Assembly: GCA_029974015.1 (NCBI GenBank)
Contig: JARKUF010000016.1
Coordinates: 26,886-90,885 of the forward strand
Length of the DNA: 64,000 nucleotides
Source of the DNA: Spirochaetota bacterium
GTDB lineage: Bacteria > Spirochaetota > UBA4802 > JAGODF01
Direction: 5' to 3'
Shown: positions 18,175 through 28,315 of the stretch, in pieces
Numbering within the stretch: position 1 is the first letter of the stretch
Layout of the letters: each line of letters begins with the position of its first letter
Notes under the pieces: generated by a model
What the model was told of the DNA's origin: nothing
What the model saw: the letters and a program-made list of their open reading frames with translations, nothing else
Databases searched by the model: none
Position numbers and translations under genes: made by a program

Positions 18175-20211
18175 ATGAAACTCGCGCTGGTGTCGGAAAA
18201 GGTCAGGGCAATGATCCCCTCCTTCCCGGATTCGGAGGAGGTTATCGCCGTTGCGTCCGACGCATCTGAACATCTTGCCGACATTCTGGAACGGGCCGAA
18301 GAAAAGCCGGTCCTGGCCCTGGTTTTCCTGGAAGCCGAAGATTTTTCTAATTTCGTTGACTGCTTCCGTCAGATAAATTATCGGGATCTTGTGTACAGAA
18401 TCGTCCTCTTCGATCCCGGTGGGGCCCACGACTCAGTTTGCGATGAGGACCTGGGAATAATTTACGATATGCGCACATCACCCCTCTCCGCAGTGGAATT
18501 TCATTTCCTCCTGCGCAGGGGATTCGCGTTTCTTCGGGAGTACTACGACTTCCGGGCTGACAAGGACGAAAAATATCTCCAGCTTCTTGACACGAAGCAG
18601 GACCAGGAAGACCTCATCAACATCGGAAAATCGCTCTCTGTGGAGAAGGACCCCGACACACTTCTCAGGGTGATACTTTTTCTCAGTAAAAAAATTACCG
18701 GGGCCGACGCCGGGAGTATCTATCTTATTGAGAAGAATGAAAAAGGTGAAAACCAGCTTCGGTTTAAATATTCACACACTTTTTCCAAGGACATCCCAAT
18801 TGAGGAATTCGTGATGCCAATGGACATGAAGTCCATTGCCGGGTATGTGGCGATCACCGGGAAGGTCCTGAACCTGGAGGACATGTACAATCTCCCCGCT
18901 GGCTCCCCCTTCTCTTTCAATACGTCGATAGATGCACAGCACCGTTATCGCTCGAAGACCATGCTCGCCGTTCCTATGCGCAACCATATCGACGAAATCA
19001 TCGGAGTCATACAGCTTCTCAACAGCAAAGAAAACCTCCAGGACACACAGTTGGTAACGGGTAACGAAGCATTCGAAATACGGCTTGAAACGCCTGAAGA
19101 TTTTGACACCAAGGTATTGCCTTTCGATCCACGCTATGAAGGTCTAATGGAGGCGGTTGCGAGCCAGGCCGCCATAGCGATGGAAAACAACAGGATGATA
19201 AAACAGATTGAGACGCAGTTCGAGGAGTTTGTCAGGGCATCGGTCAACGCGATTGAATCGCGGGACAAGGCCACGTCCGGACATTCCTTCCGGGTCGCCG
19301 AGATCTGCAAGGAAATGGCGCGGGCTGTAAATGAAGAGACCGAAGGGGTCTTTGGGGACGTCTCTTTCTCCGCCACGGAAATAAAAGAACTTGAATACGC
19401 CGCCCTGCTCCATGATTTTGGTAAAGTTTATATCGACCTTGCGATCTTCATGAAAGGTAAAAAGCTTTTCCCCAAGGACTATGAAAACCTGATAATGAAG
19501 ATCAACTATCTGTACCGCGTCATCGAGCTCCAGTATCTGATCTGTGATGCCGGCTGTGCCGAGGCAACTTTTTCCGAGGAGGCCCGAAAACAGGTGGAAT
19601 CGTTTAAAATTGGCCGAAAGGAGAAACTGGAGGCTATCCGAAAAGCGAAGGAAACGATCGCTTCACTGAATGAACCGACGGTGACCGAAAGGGACCCTGG
19701 GGAGATACTTGATTCCGTGATGCTGGAAATCGGCCAGATCCTCTGCCGAGATATTGAGGGGAATTCCATAGAGATTCTGGACGGTCCCACTCGTGCCAAC
19801 CTTTCCATCAGAAGGGGCAGTCTGAACGAGGAGGAAAGGAAGGAGATAGAAAGCCACGTACTACATACTTACAATTTCGTCAGCAGGATACCGTGGCCAC
19901 CGGAGTTCAAAAACATCCCGGAAATTACTTTGAAACACCATGAAAAGCTTGATGGCACAGGGTATCCCCAGGGGTTAAAGGGAAAAGACCAGATTCCCGT
20001 TCAGGCGAGGATGATGGCCATTGCAGACATATACGATGCCCTGACCGCATCTGATAGGCCTTACAAGCGGGCCATCTCAAAGGATGTAGCAATCCGCATC
20101 CTTACCGAAGAGGCGAAAAACAATAAGATAGATACCGATCTTCTGGATATCTTCGTGCGGTATAAAATCCATGACAAGGTCGACAAGGATTCCTTCAGAA
20201 TGGCCGACTGA
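18175..20211 (+). CDS. Signal-transduction protein: N-terminal receiver-like region, GAF domain, HD-GYP c-di-GMP phosphodiesterase domain
   Basis: GAF-like central region. HD domain with LLHDFGK and the HD-GYP signature HHEKLDGTGYPQGL. Confidence 0.75.
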   Translation: MKLALVSEKVRAMIPSFPDSEEVIAVASDASEHLADILERAEEKPVLALVFLEAEDFSNFVDCFRQINYRDLVYRIVLFDPGGAHDSVCDEDLGIIYDMRTSPLSAVEFHFLLRRGFAFLREYYDFRADKDEKYLQLLDTKQDQEDLINIGKSLSVEKDPDTLLRVILFLSKKITGADAGSIYLIEKNEKGENQLRFKYSHTFSKDIPIEEFVMPMDMKSIAGYVAITGKVLNLEDMYNLPAGSPFSFNTSIDAQHRYRSKTMLAVPMRNHIDEIIGVIQLLNSKENLQDTQLVTGNEAFEIRLETPEDFDTKVLPFDPRYEGLMEAVASQAAIAMENNRMIKQIETQFEEFVRASVNAIESRDKATSGHSFRVAEICKEMARAVNEETEGVFGDVSFSATEIKELEYAALLHDFGKVYIDLAIFMKGKKLFPKDYENLIMKINYLYRVIELQYLICDAGCAEATFSEEARKQVESFKIGRKEKLEAIRKAKETIASLNEPTVTERDPGEILDSVMLEIGQILCRDIEGNSIEILDGPTRANLSIRRGSLNEEERKEIESHVLHTYNFVSRIPWPPEFKNIPEITLKHHEKLDGTGYPQGLKGKDQIPVQARMMAIADIYDALTASDRPYKRAISKDVAIRILTEEAKNNKIDTDLLDIFVRYKIHDKVDKDSFRMAD

Positions 20212-20274
20212 GGTATCGGCATCGTTATTTCACCCGCCGGTTGCTTGCGGGGAGGTGCGAGATGATGAGGTGAC

Positions 20275-22152
20275 ATGATGGCAGACCTGAAAAAACTATT
20301 GGATGCATACGAACTGGACGGAAAATCAATCTGCGCGATCGAATTACAAACCTACCGGAAGTACTGGGACCGCACGTCTTTTCTGACAAAAGAAAAGGGC
20401 GGTCTTCCGACTAGAAATTTTATCCCGGTGAAATCGAGCGAATTTATTGAACAACAGCTTTTAGTCGCCGCAGGCATGCTCGAAATAGGCGTTAGGAAAG
20501 GCGATTTTGTCGCCGTTTTTTCGCCGAACTCGCTCCGCCATGCCGTGGAAATCTACGCGATTATGTCGATCGGTGCGGTGTACGTTCCGATATATCCTTC
20601 TCTCCATGAAGACCTGGCGTGGAATCTCCTGACCCATTCCGGCGCCCGTGTAGTTTTTACCGGTTCTCTTGGGCAGTATCAGAAGGCGCTCCCCATGCTT
20701 AACCGCGTGAAAACTCCACTACGCAAACTTATTGTGGACTTTCCGGTGAATACGGAAGATCAAAATGTTCTCACCTACGAGGTGTTGATGCGGATGGGAG
20801 AGACTTCGAACAGAATTGAAGAAGTGCTAAAATCTGTTCAGAGTTTGAAGGAGAACGATTTGGCTGCCCTGGTGTACACGGCCGGAACCATGGGAATCGC
20901 AAAGGCGGTCATGTTGACTCACGGAAACTTCCTGGCCCAATCGCCTCTGGAGGACCTTTTCGACATAACCGCCGACGATACAAGACAGTCCCATCTTCCT
21001 TTTAGCCATGTCTTTGGGCTCTCTTCGGACCTCTTCGCTTCGGCGCTAATCGGTTCGAAAATGGCCATATCCCACACTTTCGACACTGAGGAAATTGTGA
21101 GCGATATATCTGAAATCAAACCCACGGTCATGTGTTCCGTCCCGAGAATGTACGAGAAACTGTACGTACATGTCCTCCAGGTGATTGAACAGTACGGCTC
21201 GTTTAAAAAGCTGCGCTACACCTTTGCCCTTAACGTAGCGAAAGAGTATTTTATGAGGAAGGTTTTCGGAAAACGAATACCTTTGTTTCTCCGCGCTATG
21301 AAGCTCCTTATGGCCCCCTTCTATTCGAAGGTGAGAAAAATCATCAGCATGGACAAGATGCGGATACTATTCTCTGGCGGAGGGCCGCTTTCCGTGGAGG
21401 TTGCTTATTTTTTCGGGGGCATAGGTCTGGAGATTCTTGAGGGATACGGCCTGACCGAAACCTCCCCGGTAATTAACGTCAATCTTCCGGGGAAAAGCAA
21501 GCCAGGCACCGTCGGCCCCCCCCTAAAGGGGGCCGAGGAAAAGATATCGGACGAGGGGGAAATACTTGTTAAAGGGCCCATGGTATGCCGGGGATACTAC
21601 AATTACTCGGGGGAGGACGCCAACGACTGTTTTACCAGCGACGGATTTTTCCGCACCGGCGATGTGGGGGTTTTCACCTCCGATGGTAATCTTATGATCA
21701 CGGGCCGACTGAAGGACCTCATCATTACCTCGGGAGGGAAGAACATAGCCCCCCTCCCCATTGAATCTTTGTTTACCGCGGATGAATTCATAGAAAACTT
21801 CTGCATTGTTGGAGACAAACGGAAATATCTTTCCGCCCTCGTGGTGCCAAATTTCGACAGACTTCGAGAATACGCCAGACAAAAAAACATAGAGTACGAA
21901 ACGAACGAGGACCTCGTTACCAACATTGAAATAATTGCTTTTTATCGAAAACGCATCGAGGACATCTCGGATACCCTGGCCAGGTTCGAACAGATAAAGA
22001 AATTCACCCTTCTGCCCCATAGTTTCTCAGTCGAAACGGGAGAGTTGACCCTGACCTACAAGTTCAAAAGAAGCGTTATTCAGGACAAGTACAAGGATCT
22101 GATTGATAAAATGTATCCCGAAAGCAGTCTTATGGCAACCCCAAAAAATTAG
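20275..22152 (+). CDS. Long-chain acyl-CoA synthetase (AMP-binding enzyme family)
   Basis: AMP-binding box LVYTAGTMGIAKAVMLTHGN, and GYGLTETS, TGDVG and GRLKDLIITSGGKNI motifs. Confidence 0.8.
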   Translation: MMADLKKLLDAYELDGKSICAIELQTYRKYWDRTSFLTKEKGGLPTRNFIPVKSSEFIEQQLLVAAGMLEIGVRKGDFVAVFSPNSLRHAVEIYAIMSIGAVYVPIYPSLHEDLAWNLLTHSGARVVFTGSLGQYQKALPMLNRVKTPLRKLIVDFPVNTEDQNVLTYEVLMRMGETSNRIEEVLKSVQSLKENDLAALVYTAGTMGIAKAVMLTHGNFLAQSPLEDLFDITADDTRQSHLPFSHVFGLSSDLFASALIGSKMAISHTFDTEEIVSDISEIKPTVMCSVPRMYEKLYVHVLQVIEQYGSFKKLRYTFALNVAKEYFMRKVFGKRIPLFLRAMKLLMAPFYSKVRKIISMDKMRILFSGGGPLSVEVAYFFGGIGLEILEGYGLTETSPVINVNLPGKSKPGTVGPPLKGAEEKISDEGEILVKGPMVCRGYYNYSGEDANDCFTSDGFFRTGDVGVFTSDGNLMITGRLKDLIITSGGKNIAPLPIESLFTADEFIENFCIVGDKRKYLSALVVPNFDRLREYARQKNIEYETNEDLVTNIEIIAFYRKRIEDISDTLARFEQIKKFTLLPHSFSVETGELTLTYKFKRSVIQDKYKDLIDKMYPESSLMATPKN

Positions 22153-22235
22153 GTTTTCCCGCCCCCCAAAGGCGGGTGGAAAAACCTAATTGCCGGGTTT
22201 GCCTGAGTAATAATTTATGCGAAACTAAAAAACTC
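22147..22235 (+). repeat. Truncated repeat copy (hairpin plus degenerate right modules) that overlaps the stop codon of the acyl-CoA synthetase gene
   Basis: AATTAGGTTTTCCCGCCCCCCAAAGGCGGGTGGAAAAACCTAATT, followed by a TGCC...TAATTTATGCGAAAC module. The TAG stop (22150-22152) lies inside the left arm. Confidence 0.55.
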
Positions 22236-22274
22236 AATTATGTGAGCTTCTCTTATAAATTAGTAGAGGTTTTC

Positions 22275-23009
22275 ATGCGAAACATCATCTTTTTGTCCGT
22301 ACTATTGGGGGTTCTTTCTTTGGGCTTCAGCCGTTGCGGCAGGGAGGAGGAACCTCGCCAGGTCGATTTAAAGAAAAACAAAGTTGTCGGCATGATACTA
22401 CGAGAAAACTCGGTCATGAGGATCGATCCTATCGTATACGCGGCCAGGGTAATGCTTCTAAAAAGAGCGGAACTTGTCGAGATCCTCGACCGCTCAAAGG
22501 AACCGGCCACTGTGAGCGGGTCAACCGGGTATTGGTACAAGGTCAAGGCCAGCAACGGCATTTCCGGGTGGATATGGGGGAAAAACATCCAGTTTTTTAA
22601 CAACAAGAACAAATCGAGTATCGACAGTTATGTTTCTTCCTTTTGGGAAGAGGAATCAAAGAGGGTGATGAAAACAATTTCGGGGAAATGGTGGAGCGTC
22701 GACCAGAGGGGAGATTTCACGAGGCACGCCCTTGAAATATCGCCCGATGGGAAATATAAATCGTACCTTCGGGGAGGAAACCCTATTTCGGGGGAGTACA
22801 ATCTCAATTTCAAGGACAACGAAATCATCTTCCTCAAAGGAACCACCTTCAATACGAGCCTCCACATAATACATCGGGGGACAATGGTGTATCTGGAAAA
22901 AGATAATGATAAGGATTTCATCAAGTTTCAGAAAACATCCTCCAGCCTCGATGAAGACAAGCCGGTGCAGGAAGGAGGACCCAAAGAGGGGGAGGATGCG
23001 AATCAATAG
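22275..23009 (+). CDS. Secreted or lipoprotein candidate with an SH3b-like domain
   Basis: Start placed at MRNIIFLSVLLGVLSLGFSRCG, because the longer ORF back to 22176 would run through the repeat. ...YWYKVKASNGISGWIWGKNIQ resembles bacterial SH3. Confidence 0.4.
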   Translation: MRNIIFLSVLLGVLSLGFSRCGREEEPRQVDLKKNKVVGMILRENSVMRIDPIVYAARVMLLKRAELVEILDRSKEPATVSGSTGYWYKVKASNGISGWIWGKNIQFFNNKNKSSIDSYVSSFWEEESKRVMKTISGKWWSVDQRGDFTRHALEISPDGKYKSYLRGGNPISGEYNLNFKDNEIIFLKGTTFNTSLHIIHRGTMVYLEKDNDKDFIKFQKTSSSLDEDKPVQEGGPKEGEDANQ

Positions 23010-23769
23010 GTTTTTAGCGCATGCCGGCGTTGGTTCTCGCAGGAATGTGGAAGAGCTTGTCAGGGAAGGGAGAGTGAAGGTCAACGGAAGGGCCGTGTAC
23101 GACCTTTCCACCGATATCGATCAGGACAAGGATATCGTGGAATATGCTGGCAGGCGCGTCCGGATTGAAGGGTATCACTATCTGATCCTTAACAAGCCTA
23201 AGGGGTATCTCACCACTGTGGATGACGTGCAAAACCGCCTCAAGGTGATGGACCTTGTCCCTGAAAGGTACAAAAACGCCGGCGTAGTCCCGGTGGGGCG
23301 GCTCGACAGGGACACGGAGGGGCTTCTTCTGATGACCAACGATGGCGACGCTGCATACGTTCTGACTCATCCGAAATTTGAGATTGAAAAGGAATACCTG
23401 GTTGAGCTGGACAGGCCCTTGGAGGATGCGGTAAGGGATAAAATCTGTAAAGGGATCTTCATGTACGGCAGGAGGACCAGGCCCGCGGAAATCGTTTTTC
23501 TGGATGATTCCAAAAAGCGGGTATTGCTCAAAATCAAGGAAGGGAAGAAACGGCAGGTCCGGATCACCTTCGGAAATTTTTCTTACCGAGTAAAAAAACT
23601 TACACGAGTGTCCTTTGGCCCCCTCCAGGTGCGAGGAATCAATTCAGGATCCTATCGCCTCCTAAAGGAACGTGAAATCCAGGCTCTTAAAAAAATCGTC
23701 CGTCAGGCCCTCAAAGAAAGAGGGAAGCGGGGCGGATACCCACGCAGTAAGCCTACCCCTATAATATAG
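22996..23769 (+). CDS. Pseudouridine synthase, RsuA/RluB family (S4 domain plus catalytic domain)
   Basis: Start at MRINRFLAHAGVGSRR (S4 RNA-binding). The catalytic motif is RLDRDTEGLLLMTNDG. Confidence 0.75.
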   Translation: MRINRFLAHAGVGSRRNVEELVREGRVKVNGRAVYDLSTDIDQDKDIVEYAGRRVRIEGYHYLILNKPKGYLTTVDDVQNRLKVMDLVPERYKNAGVVPVGRLDRDTEGLLLMTNDGDAAYVLTHPKFEIEKEYLVELDRPLEDAVRDKICKGIFMYGRRTRPAEIVFLDDSKKRVLLKIKEGKKRQVRITFGNFSYRVKKLTRVSFGPLQVRGINSGSYRLLKEREIQALKKIVRQALKERGKRGGYPRSKPTPII

Positions 23770-23848
23770 TCACCCCTAAGCCCCATATTTTTTCTAATTA
23801 TTTACCGCCTCAGGGTCGAATATTTAATGTAGACCCATGCTATCCTCA

Positions 23849-23968
23849 GGCAACCTCTAATTACCAGGTTTACCCGCCAGCCGGAGGCGGGCGGAAAAAA
23901 CCAATGTTGAGTTTGCCAGCAGTAACAATTTTTGGGAATCTTAAAAATTAAATTTTTTTGAGGTTCCC
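23849..23968 (+). repeat. MITE-like modular repeat, copy B (full length)
   Basis: GGCAACCTCTAATTACC + hairpin AGGTTTACCCGCCAGCCGGAGGCGGGCGGAAAAAACC + TTGCCAGCAGTAACAATTTTTGGGAATC + TTAAAAATTAAATTTTTTTGAGGTTCCC. CTCA abuts both ends (23845-23848 and 23969-23972). Confidence 0.7.
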
Positions 23969-23992
23969 CTCAGTTTATTCTATATCGGGAAC

Positions 23993-24586
23993 ATGAATAT
24001 TATGCAGAATATGGATTTTTATTCGGGCAGGGACGCCAGGGCGATGAATAATTCAATGGCCATCCATGACGCGGACAATGTTGCGCGCCTCGATGCGATG
24101 TACAGGAAGGAAGCCGACAGAAACAAAAAACGTGCATCCCGTATGATGTCCCTGATAATAGGACTGTGCATAGTATCTTTTACGGCCGGAATAGCGGTGG
24201 GAATCAAGTTCGCCGCCGGTTCCCAGGCCCAGTTAATAGATGACGATACCCGGGAAGCGATGTCCCAGATTGGGAGCAAGGTTTCGAACCTCATTCCGCA
24301 TGCCGAGGCATCGGTGAAGGGCATTGCCCCGAAAACGGTGTTTCCGCGGTCGCATTATCCCTACGTGATTAAGCTTCAAAAGCTCTATGCTCATAAGGAG
24401 TCGCAGGAAATTGCCCGGTTCCTTTCCCAGAAGGGCCATACGGTAATACTGTCCCAGAATGCGGGAAAATACAAGCTGTACGTTGGACCCTACCGTGTTC
24501 AAAACGAGGCCGAACTGGCCCTCAAGCGTATTTCCGAGTATGATAAGGCAGGGTGGTTCGATAAGCTGCAGGTAGTAAAACGGTAG
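23993..24586 (+). CDS. SPOR-domain cell-division/septal peptidoglycan-binding protein (FtsN/DedD-like architecture)
   Basis: Cytoplasmic N-terminus, one transmembrane helix (LIIGLCIVSFTAGIAVGI), and a C-terminal SPOR-like domain (YVIKLQKLYAHKESQEIARFL...YKLYVGPYRVQNEAELALKRI). Confidence 0.6.
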   Translation: MNIMQNMDFYSGRDARAMNNSMAIHDADNVARLDAMYRKEADRNKKRASRMMSLIIGLCIVSFTAGIAVGIKFAAGSQAQLIDDDTREAMSQIGSKVSNLIPHAEASVKGIAPKTVFPRSHYPYVIKLQKLYAHKESQEIARFLSQKGHTVILSQNAGKYKLYVGPYRVQNEAELALKRISEYDKAGWFDKLQVVKR

Positions 24587-24600
24587 CCCGCAGATATTGG

Positions 24601-25494
24601 TCAATACTGCATGTTCTCGATAATCTCGAGGAGCGGCTTAGCGTACCGATCGTGGGCGCCCTCGTTGAAAATAATACGCACAATGCATCCGAGCCTTCCC
24701 TTCGCCAAATAGCCTTCATATCCCGAAAAAGCAGGATAGCCATGATGGTCGATCTTATTGATGACCCGGTATCTGTCGCGGAACAGTTCCTTTCTCTCGT
24801 AGATGTCATCAGTTAGGATGATGCGCCAGTGCCCGGTGAGCTCTTCTATTGATGATATGGTCGATTTAAATTTTTCACTGTCGACGGATAGCAGAGCGTC
24901 GAAGGAGTCCTTTTTCATTTTCCGCGATTTCTCTTCGGCTCCGAAACGAAGGCCCGCAAGGATTCCGTGGTACAGGTAATCATGACGTTTTCTAAGGCTT
25001 GTCCTGAGAATCACAGTGTCGAAAGGGGATTTGAGGCGGTAATGGGTGATACAGTTTTCAATGACAACCGCATTTTCGGTCCGATATACAAGCAAAGGGG
25101 CTTTTTCGATATGGCGCATGTACCGGGGGCCTTCCCTCTTTTTCAATTTTGCGACTGCATCGGAGGCTTTCCACTGCGCCCTGTAGATACGGTCGTTGCC
25201 TGCTGGCATTGCAAGGATTGACTGTAGAATGTTTAAGCCTTCGGTTATATGGTGGTTTTTTATTAAATCCAGACCGTGATTCAGATAAAAATCGATTCCG
25301 GAAAGGGAAACCGCCTTATATTTGTACTCCGGCTTGCCGGAAGTCCATATTTTACCCTGTTTGTCAATATGATAGGCGTTTCCGTCCAAATCCTTGATGA
25401 GGACCCATCCCGGGAGCTGGGCATACAAATATACACTGCAGTTCAAAATGATAAAAATAAATGATGAAATTTTTTTTGGTATTTCTGAAATCAT
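24601..25494 (-). CDS. Hypothetical secreted protein
   Basis: Signal peptide (FIFIILNCSVYLYAQ). No recognisable catalytic motifs. Confidence 0.35.
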   Translation of the reverse strand: MISEIPKKISSFIFIILNCSVYLYAQLPGWVLIKDLDGNAYHIDKQGKIWTSGKPEYKYKAVSLSGIDFYLNHGLDLIKNHHITEGLNILQSILAMPAGNDRIYRAQWKASDAVAKLKKREGPRYMRHIEKAPLLVYRTENAVVIENCITHYRLKSPFDTVILRTSLRKRHDYLYHGILAGLRFGAEEKSRKMKKDSFDALLSVDSEKFKSTISSIEELTGHWRIILTDDIYERKELFRDRYRVINKIDHHGYPAFSGYEGYLAKGRLGCIVRIIFNEGAHDRYAKPLLEIIENMQY

Positions 25495-25678
25495 AGGGTA
25501 TACTTATAAAGAGCAATAGGCAATTTCTTATTATATAGTATTCATTATTGCTTTGTTTTTGTATTGAAATGAGTAGTGCATGCGATTAATCCTGCCGCAG
25601 GGTGCGAGATGGTAACGGATCAATGGTATTTGTATCGGCATTATTTTCAAGAGAATATTGTTTTTTTGAGGAGACGAC

Positions 25679-25915
25679 ATGTTAAACCAAAAGGAAAGGA
25701 GCACATCAATGAATGCCCATGCAAGAGGTAGGAAAAAATCGGTAAAACTCCCCGATGATTATGAAACCCTGGATATGGTCGTGGAGAGGGTTGAAAAAGA
25801 ATATATTTTAAAGACACTTGAGCTGACCAACTGGAACCTCCAGAAGACGAGCCGCGTGCTTGATATCGCACGCAATACGCTCAAGGCGAAAATAAAGAAG
25901 TACGGCATTGAGTAA
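25679..25915 (+). CDS. Fis-family small DNA-binding protein (HTH_8)
   Basis: C-terminal ...YILKTLELTNWNLQKTSRVLDIARNTLKAKIKKYGI is the Fis-type helix-turn-helix. Confidence 0.55.
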   Translation: MLNQKERSTSMNAHARGRKKSVKLPDDYETLDMVVERVEKEYILKTLELTNWNLQKTSRVLDIARNTLKAKIKKYGIE

Positions 25916-25941
25916 CTGAAGAAATCGGACACCGAATGGTG

Positions 25942-26994
25942 TCAGACAAGCATAATGATCACGAGCAGGCCAATTAAAAGGGCTCCTATTAGGAGCGCTA
26001 GATAGAGAAGACTCTGGCTGTCCTTTCCTGCTTTCACTTCCGCTGTCTGGACGGTTTCCATTTCTATCTTGACGTTTTCCTCCTCTACGATTTTCGCGAG
26101 GATGTTTTTTGCGACTACGCCGTAAATAGCGAATCCCCCTTCCCTGAGGGGGATTTTCGCTTTGACACGGGCCTTGACGGGGAGCATCTCACCGTCAGAG
26201 GTTAATGCCTTCTGGGCCGTCGCCACCTTAACTGCGATATCGTCGTTCTCATTTGTCAGAAGGACCTTCATCCTATCGCCGGGCAGGATGTCGTTTATGT
26301 ATTTTCCCTTCACGGGGGAAACGATGACGCGGCCGTCTACTATGTGCTCCGCCTCCTTCTCGATTTTGGCGATGAGTTTTTCCTCTTCCGATTCGGAAGA
26401 CGTGTCCTCGTCGACAGGTTTCTCTCTGGAGATCGGCACTGTTTCTGCAGGTATCCCCAAAAGCTCAAGTTGAAGGGAGCTTGTTTTCTCGAAATTGAGC
26501 TGGCACTGTGTTTCGTCACGTTGGTAGTATTTTTCAATTATCTCAACAAGAATGTCGGTTACAATTTCAATGTTATTGTCAACGATGTACTCGAATATGT
26601 CGTACCCTCCAAGGGAATCCGCCAGGTGGCGGGTGAATTCGTAGGATCCTCCGCTTCCGGAGCCGGGTTTCAATTCACTGCCGACATAATCCTTGAATTT
26701 TGAATAGAAAAATTTCCAACCATCGTTGATGGAAACCTTGTCGTGAATGGACTTCGTATCCGTAAGAAGTGAATTAATATTCATAATATAGTTGTGCTCA
26801 ATGTTGAAAAAGACGAGGAATACTCCGTAGGTGTGCCCTCCCGCAGAGAACCTGCCTTTGATGATGATGACGTCGTCAAGCTGGCCGTTGACCATCTGTT
26901 TTGCTTTTTCCACATCGCCTCCGGTGTATTTCATGGCGATGTTGATCTGTCTGGTTTTCTCCCCGAGAGAATCGTACTGGTTGGTTTCTGCCAT
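25942..26994 (-). CDS. Hypothetical tail-anchored membrane protein with an N-terminal UBA-like helical domain and an acidic linker
   Basis: A UBA-like N-terminal helical segment (...EKTRQINIAMKYTGGDVEKAKQMVNGQ...), a Glu/Asp/Ser-rich linker, and a single C-terminal transmembrane helix (LLYLALLIGALLIGLLVIIMLV). Translationally coupled to the upstream gene (2-nt gap). Confidence 0.35.
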   Translation of the reverse strand: MAETNQYDSLGEKTRQINIAMKYTGGDVEKAKQMVNGQLDDVIIIKGRFSAGGHTYGVFLVFFNIEHNYIMNINSLLTDTKSIHDKVSINDGWKFFYSKFKDYVGSELKPGSGSGGSYEFTRHLADSLGGYDIFEYIVDNNIEIVTDILVEIIEKYYQRDETQCQLNFEKTSSLQLELLGIPAETVPISREKPVDEDTSSESEEEKLIAKIEKEAEHIVDGRVIVSPVKGKYINDILPGDRMKVLLTNENDDIAVKVATAQKALTSDGEMLPVKARVKAKIPLREGGFAIYGVVAKNILAKIVEEENVKIEMETVQTAEVKAGKDSQSLLYLALLIGALLIGLLVIIMLV

Positions 26995-26996
26995 GG

Positions 26997-27494
26997 TTAT
27001 CCCTTTGGCGCTTCGGCTATGAATTTTTCCAGTATTTCGTATTTTTTCTGAGGCGGCAGGTTTATGAGACGCTTCAAGTTCTGGAACACCAGGGGCATGT
27101 ATTTCAAAGACGTTTCCAGGATAAAATAACCGTCCTTATCCAGATTATTAATAAAGGTCACCTTGTTTGAAGGCAGTTTTAAGCCGAGGATGGGTCCGTA
27201 AAACATGATAATGTGCTGTGGAGACAGGTATTTGATGTTCAGACGGTTGACGCCTAATTCAAGGCGGCGAACCCGGACATAATTCTTATACTTTTCGAGG
27301 GGGATATTTTCCCAGCTTTTGGGGTTTCCGGCTATCAAAACGGCTATGCGATCGTTTTCTTTCGAAACTACCACCTGGAAATAGGTGTTATATATCTTGT
27401 AAGATGAAAGGAGCCCAAAAAGGCTGTCATCTCCGCTCTTAAGCATCTCTCGCGCTTTTTTTAAGGAATGCCGTGCTGCCATAGAATGCACCAT
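26997..27494 (-). CDS. Hypothetical protein (possible roadblock/LC7-like fold)
   Basis: 165 aa with no clear motifs. The alternating hydrophobic pattern in residues ~10-60 loosely resembles roadblock/MglB domains. Weak. Confidence 0.3.
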   Translation of the reverse strand: MVHSMAARHSLKKAREMLKSGDDSLFGLLSSYKIYNTYFQVVVSKENDRIAVLIAGNPKSWENIPLEKYKNYVRVRRLELGVNRLNIKYLSPQHIIMFYGPILGLKLPSNKVTFINNLDKDGYFILETSLKYMPLVFQNLKRLINLPPQKKYEILEKFIAEAPKG

Positions 27495-27580
27495 TATGTT
27501 AGAGAAACCATTCCGTCATTATTACACTGCGATATCTTATAAATCAAGTACGATTTTTTACCGTCCAGTCCAGCGTGGGG

Positions 27581-28138
27581 TTATACCGGACAGTATATAA
27601 CGGTGTTTCCTTCGAGGAGTTGCCGTATCGTTCTCATGGAATGCATGGAATGAAGAAGAGTTTCGGCCCTGGCGGTGTCAATTTCAAGAAAAGTTGCAAT
27701 GTCCATGGGAATGGCCGTTTTATTGACCATGAGGTAGTTGATGATGTCCCGTTCCTGTGGATGAAGGTCACCTATGAAAAAATTATTTTCGATGAGGCTT
27801 TCGGTTATGACGACGAGCCTGATATTGTTGACAGCGGTGTATGATTTGAAGACCGAGGCGATATTGATTGCAGCGATTTCCGATATTTGCGCCAGCTTGA
27901 CGTAGAAATGGTTTTCATCGTCTCTGGATTTAAAAATAAGGCGAATGATGAATTCGTCGATAAAAGAAGGGTCCAGGACGCGGTATCCCTCGAAATCAAG
28001 GAGAAGCACCTCCCCTTTGTGGATATGCACAAGGTTTACCATGACCCGGGAGTAAAGTTCCTTCCCCACCGGTCTTGTGATAAGGTCGGGTATTGTTGGC
28101 TTTAATTCAGGGGCTATTTTATTAAGCTTGATTATCAT
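27581..28138 (-). CDS. STAS-like (DUF4325-like) domain protein with a possible C-terminal winged-helix DNA-binding domain
   Basis: ...GEVLLLDFEGYRVLDPSFIDEFIIRLIF... matches the STAS-like 'lDF.gv...sFldEl' pattern. The C-terminal ERDIINYLMVNKTAIPMDIATFLEIDTARAETLLHSM looks like a MarR/TrmB-type wHTH. Confidence 0.4.
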   Translation of the reverse strand: MIIKLNKIAPELKPTIPDLITRPVGKELYSRVMVNLVHIHKGEVLLLDFEGYRVLDPSFIDEFIIRLIFKSRDDENHFYVKLAQISEIAAINIASVFKSYTAVNNIRLVVITESLIENNFFIGDLHPQERDIINYLMVNKTAIPMDIATFLEIDTARAETLLHSMHSMRTIRQLLEGNTVIYCPV

Positions 28139-28315
28139 TGATTGCCAGAAGTAGCGCTTTTATGTAGGTCCGGTGGAGAGTGCTGCCCTGGAATAAAGGG
28201 GCGCTTTTGGGCTGTTCACTCGATGTTATGCGTAGCTACCGGATGAAGCGACGTTCGAGGTACTATTCTTATCGGCCATTATTCTCCATGTATTTAGAAC
28301 TTCCAGGGGTTATAG

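Noticed and set aside
22176-22274. N-terminal extension of the SH3b-protein ORF
   Set aside because: The extension reads through repeat copy N and the upstream gene's stop region. The internal Met at 22275 begins a signal peptide.
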